The translations under genes were made by a program, and so were the position numbers. From assembly GCA_963579135.1 (NCBI GenBank), contig CAUZFB010000008.1, forward strand, positions 2,049 to 66,048: a stretch of DNA of 64,000 nt. The letters run 5' to 3'. The notes under the pieces are model-generated. The model ran no database searches. It saw only the letters and a program-made list of their open reading frames with translations, and was not told where the DNA came from. Of this stretch, positions 28,812 through 38,205 are shown piece by piece. This stretch comes from Dehalococcoidia bacterium (GTDB lineage Bacteria > Chloroflexota > Dehalococcoidia > Lucifugimonadales > Australimonadaceae). The first letter of the stretch is position 1. Every line of letters begins with the position of its first letter.

Positions 28812-30068
28812 CTAGTTTGAGAGCGATTCGAGGAGCCCCGACTGGGGCTCCTCTTTCTGTTCGGCGGTTTCCATGTCGCGCACTGTGGCGACGCCATTCG
28901 CCAATTCCTTGGGGCCGAGGATGACAACGGTGCGGGCCCCCACCGAGGAGGCATAGCGCATCTGTGCCTTCATGCTACGCTCGGGCGCGAGAACGGCGGC
29001 CACGTCAGCAGCCCGCAATTCGGTGGCGATGCCAACGGCCTTGGCCTTCGCATCCGCACCGCTGTAGGCGATAACGATGGGCGCTGGCGGCACGATGCCT
29101 GCGGTCGCGCCCTGCTTGCGCAGGTTAAGGATTAGCCGCTCGATGCCCGCCGCGAACCCGATGCCAGCCGTTGGCTTGCCGCCAAGCTGCTCGATCAGGC
29201 CGTCGTAACGGCCGCCGGCGCAGACCGCGCTTTGAGCGCCCGTGTGATCAGGGTGAACCTCGAAGACCGTGCGCGTGTAGTAGTCGAGCCCACGCACGAG
29301 TTTGTTGTCGAGCACATACGGCACCCGGAGCTCGTCGAGGTACGCCAGCAGTTCGTCCCAGTGGGCCTGCGCTTCATCGCCAAGGAAATCCGTACTCTTG
29401 GGCGCGTCATTCATGAACGACTCGCGTGCAAGCTCCTTGGAGTCCAGCAAGCGCAGCGGGCTGGTGTCGAACCGACGGCGGTCGTCTTTCCCGAGGTGAG
29501 CGATATGGGGGTGAAAGTGGTCTTGCAGGGCCTCCAGGAACTGGGGCCGGTTCGCCGCGTCGCCGATGTTGTTCAATATCAGTTTCATGCCGCCGAGCCC
29601 AAGCCGGCGCATGGTGTCCATAGCGAGCTGGATGACCTCCAAGTCGATCGCGGCGTTGGTGTCCCCGATGGCCTCTACGCCGAACTGGTGGAACTGCCGG
29701 AATCGACCAGCCTGGGGGCGGTCGTACCGGAACATGGGGCAGAGGTAGAAGAGCCTTACGGGCTGCGCCTGGTTGTGCAAGCCCTGTTCGAGGTACGCAC
29801 GGCAGACGGCTGCTGTGCCTTCTGGGCGCAGCGTGATGTTCGTGCCACCACGGTCGTCGAAGCTGTACATCTCTTTCTGGACGATGTCGGTTTCCTCGCC
29901 CACAGTGCGCAGGAAGAGGCCCGTCTCTTCGAAGATCGGCGTGTCGATGCGCCGGTAGCCATGGACGTGAGCCGCCTGGGTGACCGTGGCGGCAGTAAAA
30001 CTCCACAGCGGTTGATCTTCGGGAAGGATGTCAGCGGTGCCCCGCGGCGCCTGATACATATGTGGCAC
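28812..30068 (-). CDS. hisS: histidine--tRNA ligase
   Basis: 418-aa ORF with class II motifs ..LRPEGTA.., ..YDRPQAGRFRQFHQFGVE.., ..GGRYDGL.. and an anticodon-binding C-terminus. Confidence 0.95.
   Translation of the reverse strand: MPHMYQAPRGTADILPEDQPLWSFTAATVTQAAHVHGYRRIDTPIFEETGLFLRTVGEETDIVQKEMYSFDDRGGTNITLRPEGTAAVCRAYLEQGLHNQAQPVRLFYLCPMFRYDRPQAGRFRQFHQFGVEAIGDTNAAIDLEVIQLAMDTMRRLGLGGMKLILNNIGDAANRPQFLEALQDHFHPHIAHLGKDDRRRFDTSPLRLLDSKELARESFMNDAPKSTDFLGDEAQAHWDELLAYLDELRVPYVLDNKLVRGLDYYTRTVFEVHPDHTGAQSAVCAGGRYDGLIEQLGGKPTAGIGFAAGIERLILNLRKQGATAGIVPPAPIVIAYSGADAKAKAVGIATELRAADVAAVLAPERSMKAQMRYASSVGARTVVILGPKELANGVATVRDMETAEQKEEPQSGLLESLSN
28830..28861 (+). terminator. intrinsic terminator of the lipoprotein gene (embedded in the convergent hisS 3' end)
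   Basis: Perfect 10-bp stem GAGGAGCCCC / GGGGCTCCTC with loop GACT, followed by TTTCTGTT. Confidence 0.6.
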
Positions 30069-30189
30069 GTCTCCAGTGGATTGGTCAGTGGGTTGGAGTC
30101 GCCATTATACGGTCGGGGCGCGCATGGCTCGATGGTAGCGGAAGCAGGAGGGCCCAGAGGGGAGAAGGGGCGAAGTGCAGGGAGTTATA

Positions 30190-32391
30190 ATGCCCAAAAT
30201 GCAGGATTTACTCGAAAAGGTGCGCGAGTACCTGCCGCCGGACCGGGCGCAGATGGTGGAAGACGCCCTAGAGTATGCACGAGAGCGCCACCAAGGACAG
30301 ACGCGCCGCTCAGGCGAGCCCTACATCGAACACCCCGTCAGCGCCGCGACCTACTTAGCCGATCTACTGCTGGACGGCACCACAATCGCAGCCGCGCTTC
30401 TCCACGATGTCGTCGAAGACTGCGACGTGACGATAGACGAGATTCGCGAACGTTTCGGCGACGAAGTCGCGCGCCTGGTGGACGGGGTCACGAAACTCAC
30501 CAAGCTGGATCTGTTGCGCATGGATAAGGACGGCCAAATGCCCACTCCTGTGGGCAACGAACAGGCCGAGAGCCTTCGCAAGATGCTAGTGGCGATGGCC
30601 GAGGACATCCGCGTCGTTCTCATAAAACTGGCTGACCGCCTCCACAACATGCGTACGCTCGGTGCGCTGGCGCCGCACCGGCGCGTGGCGATCGCCCAGG
30701 AAACCTTGGACATCTACGCACCACTGGCCAATCGCTTGGGCATGGGTGAGGTGAAGTGGCAGTTGGAGGATCTGTCGTTCAGGTACCTTCAACCGAACCA
30801 ATACCGGTCTATCTCCAAGCTGCTAACGACCAAGCGCCAAGAGCGTGAGGCCTATGTGCAGCAGGTAACTGAAGTCCTGAAGCGTGAGTTGGCGCGAGCC
30901 AACTTCAACGCAGAGGTCACGGGCCGCCCTAAACACATCTTTTCGATCTACAACAAGGCACAGTCGTACGCCACCCAGGGCAAGCAGCTCGGCGACATCT
31001 ACGACCTATTCGCGGTCCGGGTGCTGGTGCCCAGCGTGCAGGACTGCTACGGAGCACTGGGCGTGGTGCACTCTTTGTGGCGGCCGCTCCCCGGTCAGTT
31101 CGACGACTACATCGCGAACCCCAAGGAGAACGCCTACCAATCACTCCACACCACCGTGCGGTCTATCGGTGGACTGCCGGTTGAAGTGCAGGTTCGGACG
31201 TACCAGATGCACCGCGTGTCCGAGTACGGCGTGGCATCACACTGGAGCTACAAAGAAGGCGGGGGCGCCGGCAAAGACGTCAAGTTCGAAGAGCGGATGA
31301 CGTGGCTGCGCCAGCTTCTGGAGTGGCAGCGAGATGTCTCCGGCACGGAAGAGTTCCTGGAAAACGTTCGCACCGACATCTTTCACGACCAGGTGTTCGT
31401 GTACACACCCAAGAACGCGATCAAGGAGCTGCCCGCAGGGGCGACGCCGATCGATTTCGCGTATCGAATACACACGGAGCTTGGTCACCGGTGCATCGGC
31501 GCGAAGGTCAACGGCAAGCTGGTAGGCCTGGACACCCAGTTGAAGAACGGCGACGCCGTGGAGGTGCTCACCAGCAGAATCGCGCGCGGGCCGAGTCTGG
31601 ACTGGCTGAACCTCCACCTGGGGTACGTGAAGACTGCCACCGCTCGCCAATCGATCCGCTCGTGGTTCCGCCGCGAGGAGCGCGGAGAAAACATTCACCG
31701 AGGCTACGATCGACTGAAGCGTGAGCTCAAGCGCCTGAGCAACGCTACCGACGAAGCAGAGATCGCTAAGCTATTCGGCTATGCATCTGAGGAAGACCTG
31801 TTCGCGGCGATAGGAAGCGGCATGGTCTCCATGACCCAGGTCGCAGGCCGGCTCACCGCCCAGGCCGACACGGGAACCGACTCCACCAGCATCGATAACG
31901 CTTCCCTCACTGGGCCAACCGCGGGCATAACCGTTCTCGGCGTCGGCGATCTACTCACGCGCATGGGTGAGTGCTGCCATCCGCTTCCTGGCGACGAGAT
32001 CACGGGATACGTAACTCGGTCCCGAGGCGTCACCATCCACCGAACGGACTGCTCGAATCTGAAAAACCTTGATTCACCTCAAAGCACAGACGACAGGATG
32101 GTTCCGGTGTCGTGGGGCGAGAGCCGGAACCTGTACCCGGTACGCCTGAAGATTGAGGCATTCGACCGCATGGGGCTGCTGCACGACATCACGGGAGCGA
32201 CATCCATAGAGCGAGTGAACATCATCGGCTCGCAAACCAATGTCCACGACGACCACACGGTAACAGTCCATGTAACGTTGCAGGTGCACGGCCTTAAACA
32301 ACTCAGTCGCCTTTTCTCGCGTATTGAAGGCGTTCGAGGCGTGCACTCGGTGAGCCGCACGATCCAGTCGGTCGCGCCTACTCCCAATTAG
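30190..32391 (+). CDS. rel: bifunctional (p)ppGpp synthetase/hydrolase (RelA/SpoT homolog)
   Basis: HD domain (..HPVSAA..LHDVVEDC..), synthetase domain (..RPKHIFSIYNK.., ..DLFAVRVLV..), and TGS and ACT-like C-terminus. ATG 30190 is preceded by GGAG. Confidence 0.95.
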   Translation: MPKMQDLLEKVREYLPPDRAQMVEDALEYARERHQGQTRRSGEPYIEHPVSAATYLADLLLDGTTIAAALLHDVVEDCDVTIDEIRERFGDEVARLVDGVTKLTKLDLLRMDKDGQMPTPVGNEQAESLRKMLVAMAEDIRVVLIKLADRLHNMRTLGALAPHRRVAIAQETLDIYAPLANRLGMGEVKWQLEDLSFRYLQPNQYRSISKLLTTKRQEREAYVQQVTEVLKRELARANFNAEVTGRPKHIFSIYNKAQSYATQGKQLGDIYDLFAVRVLVPSVQDCYGALGVVHSLWRPLPGQFDDYIANPKENAYQSLHTTVRSIGGLPVEVQVRTYQMHRVSEYGVASHWSYKEGGGAGKDVKFEERMTWLRQLLEWQRDVSGTEEFLENVRTDIFHDQVFVYTPKNAIKELPAGATPIDFAYRIHTELGHRCIGAKVNGKLVGLDTQLKNGDAVEVLTSRIARGPSLDWLNLHLGYVKTATARQSIRSWFRREERGENIHRGYDRLKRELKRLSNATDEAEIAKLFGYASEEDLFAAIGSGMVSMTQVAGRLTAQADTGTDSTSIDNASLTGPTAGITVLGVGDLLTRMGECCHPLPGDEITGYVTRSRGVTIHRTDCSNLKNLDSPQSTDDRMVPVSWGESRNLYPVRLKIEAFDRMGLLHDITGATSIERVNIIGSQTNVHDDHTVTVHVTLQVHGLKQLSRLFSRIEGVRGVHSVSRTIQSVAPTPN

Positions 32392-32502
32392 GCGTCGGCA
32401 ACTAGCCAAGCGGCGCCATTCAAGGCATACTGTTTGGGTTGTAAACCAAAGAATCACCGTGTGGCATAGTCGCACCGCCCGTAGAGTCGCAGGAGGAATC
32501 CT

Positions 32503-32757
32503 TTGCCAGCAGACAAGTCAGCCCGAACCCAGGAACGTCGTCGAGTCATCAACCGCCTGGTGCGCACGCGCAGCCGGACCGCCGTCAAGCGTGCGGTAGC
32601 AGCGATCGCCAATGAGCCGGCCGAGGCGGCGGGGACAGTGGTCAGCGCCATCAGCGCGTTGGATCGGGCCGCGAACAAGGGCATCATCCACAAGAACAAC
32701 GCGGCACGCCGAAAGTCCCGACTGGCGAAGCGCCTCAACGCGGCAAACGCCAAGTAA
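32503..32757 (+). CDS. rpsT: 30S ribosomal protein S20
   Basis: 84-aa basic ORF ..KSARTQERRRVINRLVRTRSRTAVKRA...KGIIHKNNAARRKSRL... TTG start with an AGGAGG SD. Confidence 0.9.
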   Translation: MPADKSARTQERRRVINRLVRTRSRTAVKRAVAAIANEPAEAAGTVVSAISALDRAANKGIIHKNNAARRKSRLAKRLNAANAK

Positions 32758-32773
32758 GCTTCCCTGACACGCG

Positions 32774-32803
32774 AAAAAGGCCGGCCGTTTGCCCGGCCTT
32801 TTT
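32774..32803 (+). terminator. rho-independent terminator after rpsT
   Basis: AAAAAGGCCGG-N8-CCGGCCTTTTT is a perfect 11-bp palindromic stem with a T-tract, so it could act in both directions. Confidence 0.8.
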
Positions 32804-32858
32804 CTTTGCTCATTCGCCTGCCCACTACGGACACGCCGGAATCTGTGACAACTGGCCG

Positions 32859-32887
32859 TTGACCGGTTGCCCTGAGCGGACTAGGCT
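32859..32887 (+). promoter_or_regulatory. sigma70-like promoter of lexA
   Basis: TTGACC (32859..32864), a 17-nt spacer, then TAGGCT (32882..32887). The SOS box follows 7 nt downstream. Confidence 0.5.
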
Positions 32888-32893
32888 CTCTCT

Positions 32894-32907
32894 AGAACAT
32901 GTGTTCC
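32894..32907 (+). promoter_or_regulatory. LexA operator (Cheo-type SOS box)
   Basis: AGAACATGTGTTCC contains a perfect GAAC-N4-GTTC palindrome, 14 nt upstream of the lexA start. This is the classic autoregulatory position. Confidence 0.7.
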
Positions 32908-32920
32908 CCGGAGGGTACCA

Positions 32921-33568
32921 ATGGCACTACTGAACGAACGGCAACAAGAGATCTTAGATTTCGTACGCGAGTACCACCTCGACCGCAGCTATATGCCATC
33001 GGTCCGCGAGATCCAGGCCGCGTGCGACATCAGCTCCACGTCGGTGGTCGACTACAACCTCCGCATCCTCGAGCGCGAGGGCTTCATCCGGCGCTCGCCC
33101 GACATCTCACGTGGCCTGGAGCTCGTGGGGGTCAAAGAGAAGGAACCCCAGATAGAGGTCTTTCAGATCCCGGTCCTTGGCTCTATCGCTGCCGGTGAGC
33201 CGATTCCGGTACCTGAGTCCGAAGACTGGCACTCTGAGGGATCCGAGACCATCACGCTGCCGCCGGAACTCGCCACCCGCAACCCCGACGAACTCTTCGC
33301 TCTACGTGTGAAGGGTTACTCGATGATCGACGCGCTAATAACCGACGGCGACATCGTGGTGCTAACGCCCACGTCACAGGCCCGCAATGGCGACATGATC
33401 GCCGCTTGGTTGCCGATGGAGGAGACGGCGACACTCAAGCGTTTCTTCCTCGAAGGCGACCAGGTGCGCCTGCAGCCAGAGAACAAGCAGATGGATCCGA
33501 TCTTCGTGGCTGCTGACAGGGTCCAAGTACACGGACGCGTCGTTGGCGTCATCCGTCGGATGAACTAG
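32921..33568 (+). CDS. lexA: LexA repressor
   Basis: 215-aa ORF with an N-terminal winged HTH, a cleavage region ..AAGEP.., Ser (VKGYSM) and Lys (..TLKRF..) of the S24 dyad. Confidence 0.95.
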   Translation: MALLNERQQEILDFVREYHLDRSYMPSVREIQAACDISSTSVVDYNLRILEREGFIRRSPDISRGLELVGVKEKEPQIEVFQIPVLGSIAAGEPIPVPESEDWHSEGSETITLPPELATRNPDELFALRVKGYSMIDALITDGDIVVLTPTSQARNGDMIAAWLPMEETATLKRFFLEGDQVRLQPENKQMDPIFVAADRVQVHGRVVGVIRRMN

Positions 33569-33601
33569 ACACGGCTCCGGTAGGGGCATCCCGACTGTAC
33601 G

Positions 33602-34081
33602 GTGACGTATCATCAGGGAGTGTTCAACGTACGTCTTGCCCGACCCTCCGAAATTTCACTTATCGTCGACTTTCAACTCCACATGGCAGAAGAGAGCGAG
33701 GGTTTCGCTCTCAATCGAGAAACGCTTACGGCGGGCGTTACCGCAGTCTTCGACGGCAGTGCGCGCGCCGATTACTGGATCGTCGAGCAGGACGGGACCA
33801 CGGAGGGCATGGCGATGACGGTGCCTGAGTGGAGCGATTGGCGCAATGGGACGGTGCTCTGGCTCCACTCGGTCTACGTGGCGCCAGACGCGCGCCGCCA
33901 CGGCGCCTTCCGGGCGATCTACGATCACCTGCTCAAAACCGTGGAGGCAACCGATGAGCTGAAAGGCTTGCGTCTTTACGTGGATAAGACCAACGAGCGC
34001 GCCCAGCAGGTCTACGAGGCCATGGGGATGACCCGCGACCACTACCACCTCTACGAATGGCTCAAGCCAAATCCAGGGTGA
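33602..34081 (+). CDS. GNAT family N-acetyltransferase
   Basis: 159-aa ORF with an acetyl-CoA binding segment ..LHSVYVAPDARRHGAFRAIYDHL... The start (GTG 33602) is uncertain by a few codons. Confidence 0.8.
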   Translation: MTYHQGVFNVRLARPSEISLIVDFQLHMAEESEGFALNRETLTAGVTAVFDGSARADYWIVEQDGTTEGMAMTVPEWSDWRNGTVLWLHSVYVAPDARRHGAFRAIYDHLLKTVEATDELKGLRLYVDKTNERAQQVYEAMGMTRDHYHLYEWLKPNPG

Positions 34082-34252
34082 CCCCTCGACCCCTATCTTG
34101 GGCCGTCGCTTACCGACGGCAATCGTGGGTTGGGTTAGGGCACCGCTGATAGCTGGCAAGCGAGAGGAACATCCGAACCCTCGCCATCTAGAGCCTTAGC
34201 TACAGCCCAGCGGCAGCTTATCGTCCCGCGGTGACGTAGACCGCGACCGCGT

Positions 34253-34504
34253 CTAGTCGGAGGAGGGGAGGGCCTTGGCGGCGAGGAGAGCCATCGGTAC
34301 TCCATCGCAGCAGATCACCCCGGTGCCTGCTTTCGTGCAGAGCAATGTCGCCTCACAGGCCGCGCATTTGTAGCGCTTGCCCAATCGATTGGCGCCGTCC
34401 GCTCCTGCGTTGGCGCAAGAGACATCGCCGGCCCCAGCTTTGGTAACCATGTACTGCGCTCCATGATCACTACACTCGACGCGCTTCCCCATCACTGACG
34501 GCAC
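34253..34504 (-). CDS. small Cys-rich protein with a desulforedoxin / Dfx-N-terminal-like CxxC...CC motif
   Basis: ..GKRYKCAACEATLLCTKAGTGVICCDGVPM.. resembles YKC..CG..V.V...G.G.L.CCG.PM. It is preceded by a degenerate copy, GKRVECSDHGAQYMVTKAGAGDVSC. Confidence 0.45.
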   Translation of the reverse strand: MPSVMGKRVECSDHGAQYMVTKAGAGDVSCANAGADGANRLGKRYKCAACEATLLCTKAGTGVICCDGVPMALLAAKALPSSD

Positions 34505-34661
34505 GATTCACCTCGCCCTTGCGGCCTTGCTAGCCAACTCGCCCATGATAGCAAAACCCTCGCCGATTCCGAATTGTTGGCACTCGTTCTCAGGCGGTCA
34601 GGGTTGCGGCAGCTCAGATGCGCCCTTATCCTCGCGCCGACCAACCACCTGGAGCGTGCGC

Positions 34662-35852
34662 ATGGCCATCGCCTCGCAGATCAAACAGTACATGGCGGAC
34701 AGCTCGTGGATCCGCCGCATGTTCGAACTCGGTATCGCCATGAAACGTGAGCGGGGCGAGGAGAACGTTTTCGACCTCTCGCTGGGGAATCCGGTGATGG
34801 AACCACCCCCAGAGTTCATGGCGGAGATGCGGCGGCTACTGGACGGCCCCCCAGCCGGATCGCACCGCTACATGCCCAACGCCGGCTACGTCGAGACTAG
34901 GGCCGCGGTAGCGTCCGCGCTTGCGGAGGAGACGGGACTCGCGTACGGCCCAGAGCATGTGCTGATGACCGTGGGCGCGGGTGGCGGGATTAATGCCGTG
35001 CTACACGCCCTCTGCGAGCCGGACGACGAGGTGGTGATCTTCGCGCCATTCTTCGCTGAGTACCTGTTCTACACAGCCAACCATGGCGCCAAATCCGTCA
35101 CCGTCAACTGTGACGCCGAGTTCACGCCGAACCTCGATGAGTTGGAGGCGAAGATCACGTCGCGGACTAAAGTCGTGATGGTCAATTCTCCCAACAACCC
35201 GTCGGGGCGGGTGTACACCGAAGCATTCGTCCGCGATCTAGGGAGACTGCTGCAACGGAAGGGCCTCGAATTGGGAACGGAGATTTATCTGCTCAGTGAT
35301 GAGCCATATCGGAAGATCATCTTCGACGATCAGCTTTATCCTTTCCCCCAGCTTGCGTACGACAAGACGATCACCGTGACGTCGCACTCCAAGGATCTGG
35401 CATTACCCGGCGAGCGCATCGGCTACGTGGCGGTGCATCCAGGCTACGAAAGCGCCGGCGAGCTCATGGACGCGTTCGTATTCTGCAATCGCGTCCTGGG
35501 CTTCGTGAATGCGCCTGCGATGATGCAACACGTGGTCCGCGCGCTCCAGCACGTGACGGTGGATGTGAGCGACTACCAACAGAAACGGGATTACGTATAC
35601 GGAGTACTAACTGACGCGGGCTACCGGGTGTTCAAGCCAGAGGGCGCCTTCTACATGTTCCCCGAATCGCCGGTGAAGGATGAGATGCGACTGGTGGAGG
35701 CTCTACAGCGCCATGGTGTGCTCGTCGTACCAGGACGAGGTTTCGGGATGCCAGGCTATTTCCGCATCTCGTACTGCGTAGACCAGCACGTCCTGGAGGG
35801 TGCGGCGCCGGGATTCCTAGCGGTAGCCAAGGAGCTTGGCGTGACGGGCTAA
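34662..35852 (+). CDS. pyridoxal-phosphate-dependent aminotransferase (class I/II)
   Basis: Start moved to ATG 34662 (MAIASQIKQYMADSSWIRRMFE...). ..NSPNNPSG.. and the PLP-Lys context ..TSHSKDLALPGERIGY... Confidence 0.9.
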   Translation: MAIASQIKQYMADSSWIRRMFELGIAMKRERGEENVFDLSLGNPVMEPPPEFMAEMRRLLDGPPAGSHRYMPNAGYVETRAAVASALAEETGLAYGPEHVLMTVGAGGGINAVLHALCEPDDEVVIFAPFFAEYLFYTANHGAKSVTVNCDAEFTPNLDELEAKITSRTKVVMVNSPNNPSGRVYTEAFVRDLGRLLQRKGLELGTEIYLLSDEPYRKIIFDDQLYPFPQLAYDKTITVTSHSKDLALPGERIGYVAVHPGYESAGELMDAFVFCNRVLGFVNAPAMMQHVVRALQHVTVDVSDYQQKRDYVYGVLTDAGYRVFKPEGAFYMFPESPVKDEMRLVEALQRHGVLVVPGRGFGMPGYFRISYCVDQHVLEGAAPGFLAVAKELGVTG

Positions 35853-35968
35853 CCGGTGCGGTGCGAGGGACGACCCGGTATCATGCGAGGAGCGCAACCG
35901 ACCTATACCACGTAGTTCCTAGGTAACGTAGCCCATCAGCATTCGTAGGCAAGGGCCCGGGGGAAGTC

Positions 35969-36868
35969 ATGTTCCAGCCAGTGCAATTCGGCAGAGATAA
36001 TCAGCTCAGAACGCGCATGTTCATCACCATGCTCGGGCTCGGCCTGCTCTACGGTCTGTTCATGTGGATCGCCTGGCAGTTCAGCCCGTTCTACCTCGTC
36101 ATCGCGCTCGTCATGGTCATCATCCAATTCTCGTTGTCGGACAAGATGGTTCTTGGGTCGATGCGGGCAAAGGTCGTCAGCCCCGCCGACGCCCCAAAAC
36201 TCCACCGGATGGTGGACGACCTGAGCCTGAAGGCGGGCATCCCCAAACCGAAGGTGGCTATCTCCGACATGGCCACCCCCAACGCGTTCGCGACAGGACG
36301 TAGCCAGAAGCACGCCGCAGTCGCTGTGACCTCCGGGCTCCTGAACATCCTCGACGATGACGAGCTCGAAGCCGTCCTCGCGCACGAGATCAGCCACATA
36401 AAGACGAAGGACGTGGTTGTGATGACCTACGCGTCCTTCTTCCTGATCGTGGCGGCGACGATGTCGTCTTTCCTGATGTTCTCTGCCATCTTTGGCGGCA
36501 TGGGCCGCAGCAGGAACAACAACGCGGGCAGCGTTGTCTTGGTCGCGCTGCTGGTCACGTTCATCGTGAGGATCATCGGGAGCATGCTGGTGGCAACGCT
36601 CTCGCGTTACCGTGAGTTCTCAGCCGACAGAGGAGCCTCAGCCTTAACGCAGAAACCCCTGGCTCTGGCCTCAGCACTTCAACGACTCCAGGGCTCGCTG
36701 GTCAGCGTGCCCAAGCAGGACCTACGCAAGGCCGAAAGCATGAACGCCTTCTTCATCATGTCAGCGGTCGGCCCTGGGCTTGCGGAGCTATTCGCCTCTC
36801 ATCCATCGACGGCAAAGCGAATCCAGCGTCTCCAGCAGTACGACCAACAGATGGCGTTCTTGAGGTAA
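35969..36868 (+). CDS. htpX: zinc metalloprotease HtpX (M48)
   Basis: 299-aa ORF with four TM segments, HEISH zinc motif (LAHEISHIK), and a downstream ..EFSADRGA.. glutamate. Confidence 0.9.
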   Translation: MFQPVQFGRDNQLRTRMFITMLGLGLLYGLFMWIAWQFSPFYLVIALVMVIIQFSLSDKMVLGSMRAKVVSPADAPKLHRMVDDLSLKAGIPKPKVAISDMATPNAFATGRSQKHAAVAVTSGLLNILDDDELEAVLAHEISHIKTKDVVVMTYASFFLIVAATMSSFLMFSAIFGGMGRSRNNNAGSVVLVALLVTFIVRIIGSMLVATLSRYREFSADRGASALTQKPLALASALQRLQGSLVSVPKQDLRKAESMNAFFIMSAVGPGLAELFASHPSTAKRIQRLQQYDQQMAFLR

Positions 36869-36875
36869 GCCCACC

Positions 36876-37460
36876 GTGTGTCTAATCAGTTTCAAACGAA
36901 CCCCAAAGCACTCGACTTGGCCGGAGGCCATGGCGGCCATGGCCCGCAACAGCGACCGGCTGGCGCAGCAGCTCAACACGGTCACGACGGGCAAAGTAGG
37001 CGTGCTGGTGCGGCCCACCGAAGACCAGTCCCACACGCAGACGAGGGCCGAGCTAGAGCGGGCGCTCACCGGCATGGACCGGACGCGGCACCACTTCAAC
37101 GTGACGGTTGATGAAATGGGTCACGGCTGGGTGATCCTGAAAGGCGAGGATCTGCACGAGCTCGCGCAGGGCGCTGCACAGATGGGCGACGTATTCGCGA
37201 CAGCAGGACTAGGCGACCGGGTCGTCGCGGCGGTGTTCCCGTTCAGCTGGCACGATTCGACCAGCCAGCGTGACCGCCCTATCTACTGGCTATACCAGCC
37301 ACGCATTCGCAGCTTCACTCCGTTCGTCCCCGACGGTGACCCCAACAACGAGCGTCGAGATCACGATCTCGAAATCAGGATGGAAGCGGCTATCCGGCGC
37401 GAGTTACCCACCGAGCGCCAGACAGCGGAATGGTTCCCTATCTGGGGCATGCCGGTCTAG
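36876..37460 (+). CDS. conserved hypothetical protein, PspA-associated PspAB-like
   Basis: 194-aa ORF starting 7 nt after htpX. The C-terminal pattern ..IYWLYQPRIRSFTPFVP..RDHDLEIRM....EWFPIWGMP matches my recollection of the PspAB family (..LVYLYKRGTFYPFAP..RDN.LEL...RWFPVWGAP). Not verified against a database. Confidence 0.5.
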   Translation: MCLISFKRTPKHSTWPEAMAAMARNSDRLAQQLNTVTTGKVGVLVRPTEDQSHTQTRAELERALTGMDRTRHHFNVTVDEMGHGWVILKGEDLHELAQGAAQMGDVFATAGLGDRVVAAVFPFSWHDSTSQRDRPIYWLYQPRIRSFTPFVPDGDPNNERRDHDLEIRMEAAIRRELPTERQTAEWFPIWGMPV

Positions 37461-37575
37461 CTATCGTCCCCGTATCGACGGTTTGCGCAGATCCCAGTTG
37501 CTGCCGTTAGGCGCCGCTACACTTCACCCAAGACGACATTGATTCAGGGATATCACCGCTCACCAGGTAACCGCC

Positions 37576-37614
37576 TAGTTGCAGCGCGCCGTTGATCGCG
37601 GTGCGCTGCAACTA
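37576..37614. terminator. GC-rich palindromic hairpin between convergent genes
   Basis: Perfect 12-bp stem TAGTTGCAGCGC / GCGCTGCAACTA with a 15-nt loop. No clear T-tract. The 3' arm overlaps the stop of the minus-strand small ORF. Confidence 0.4.
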
Positions 37615-37806
37615 GCTCGCGCGTTTGGGGCGATTCCGGATCAGCGCCCTATAGGCCCAGACAAGCTCAACCAGGTCCAGCACGGCGAGCAGCAGTAGTC
37701 CGATCCAGAATGCGACCCCCAGGACCAGCACGAGGGCCATCACAAACAATGCCGTGACCGCTAAGCCCCCCAGCACCAACACACCTATGCGGGTCGTACG
37801 ATCCAT
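37612..37806 (-). CDS. small hypothetical membrane protein (two TM segments)
   Basis: 64-aa hydrophobic ORF MDRTTRIGVLVLGGLAVTALFVMALVLVLGVAFWIGLLLLAVL... with a basic tail. No family recognised. Confidence 0.45.
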   Translation of the reverse strand: MDRTTRIGVLVLGGLAVTALFVMALVLVLGVAFWIGLLLLAVLDLVELVWAYRALIRNRPKRAS

Positions 37807-37862
37807 CCCTGTACTCCTGAGCGCCCGACTCTAAGCCTGCGCTCAAGTATAGGCGCGGCCTA

Positions 37863-37890
37863 TTGACGACCATCTACGGCAGTATATAGT
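37863..37890 (+). promoter_or_regulatory. sigma70-like promoter of the csoR-copA operon
   Basis: TTGACG (37863..37868), a 16-nt spacer, then TATAGT (37885..37890). Confidence 0.55.
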
Positions 37891-37898
37891 TACAGTAG

Positions 37899-37917
37899 TA
37901 CCCCTACCGCGGGGGTA
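37899..37917 (+). promoter_or_regulatory. putative CsoR operator
   Basis: TACCCC-TACCGCG-GGGGTA is a GC-rich inverted repeat 9 nt downstream of the -10 element. It resembles the TACCC(C)...GGGG(G)TA operators I recall for Bacillus and Streptomyces CsoR. Confidence 0.65.
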
Positions 37918-37936
37918 TGGGTTAGTAGGAGCGAGT

Positions 37937-38203
37937 ATGCTTCCCGACACAAAAGCAAACGCCCTTAAGCGACTGAACTACATCTCCGGCCACCTGGACG
38001 GTATCAAGAAAATGGTGGAGGCCGAGACGTACTGCGTCGACGTGCTCAAGCAAACGCATGCGGTACGGCGGGCCATCGAAAAGCTCGAGGCGCTCATGCT
38101 CCACGGCCATCTGCGGTCGTGCGTGGTGGAGGGAGTGAAAGAGGGACGCGAAGACGAGGTGCTTGGCGAATTGCTGGAGCTCTACGAAGTAGCGAATCGC
38201 TAG
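37937..38203 (+). CDS. csoR: copper-sensing transcriptional repressor CsoR (CsoR/RcnR family)
   Basis: 88-aa ORF ..[31 protein letters not shown]....HGHLRSC.. with C-H-C ligand spacing. Confidence 0.9.
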   Translation: MLPDTKANALKRLNYISGHLDGIKKMVEAETYCVDVLKQTHAVRRAIEKLEALMLHGHLRSCVVEGVKEGREDEVLGELLELYEVANR

Positions 38204-38205
38204 CC

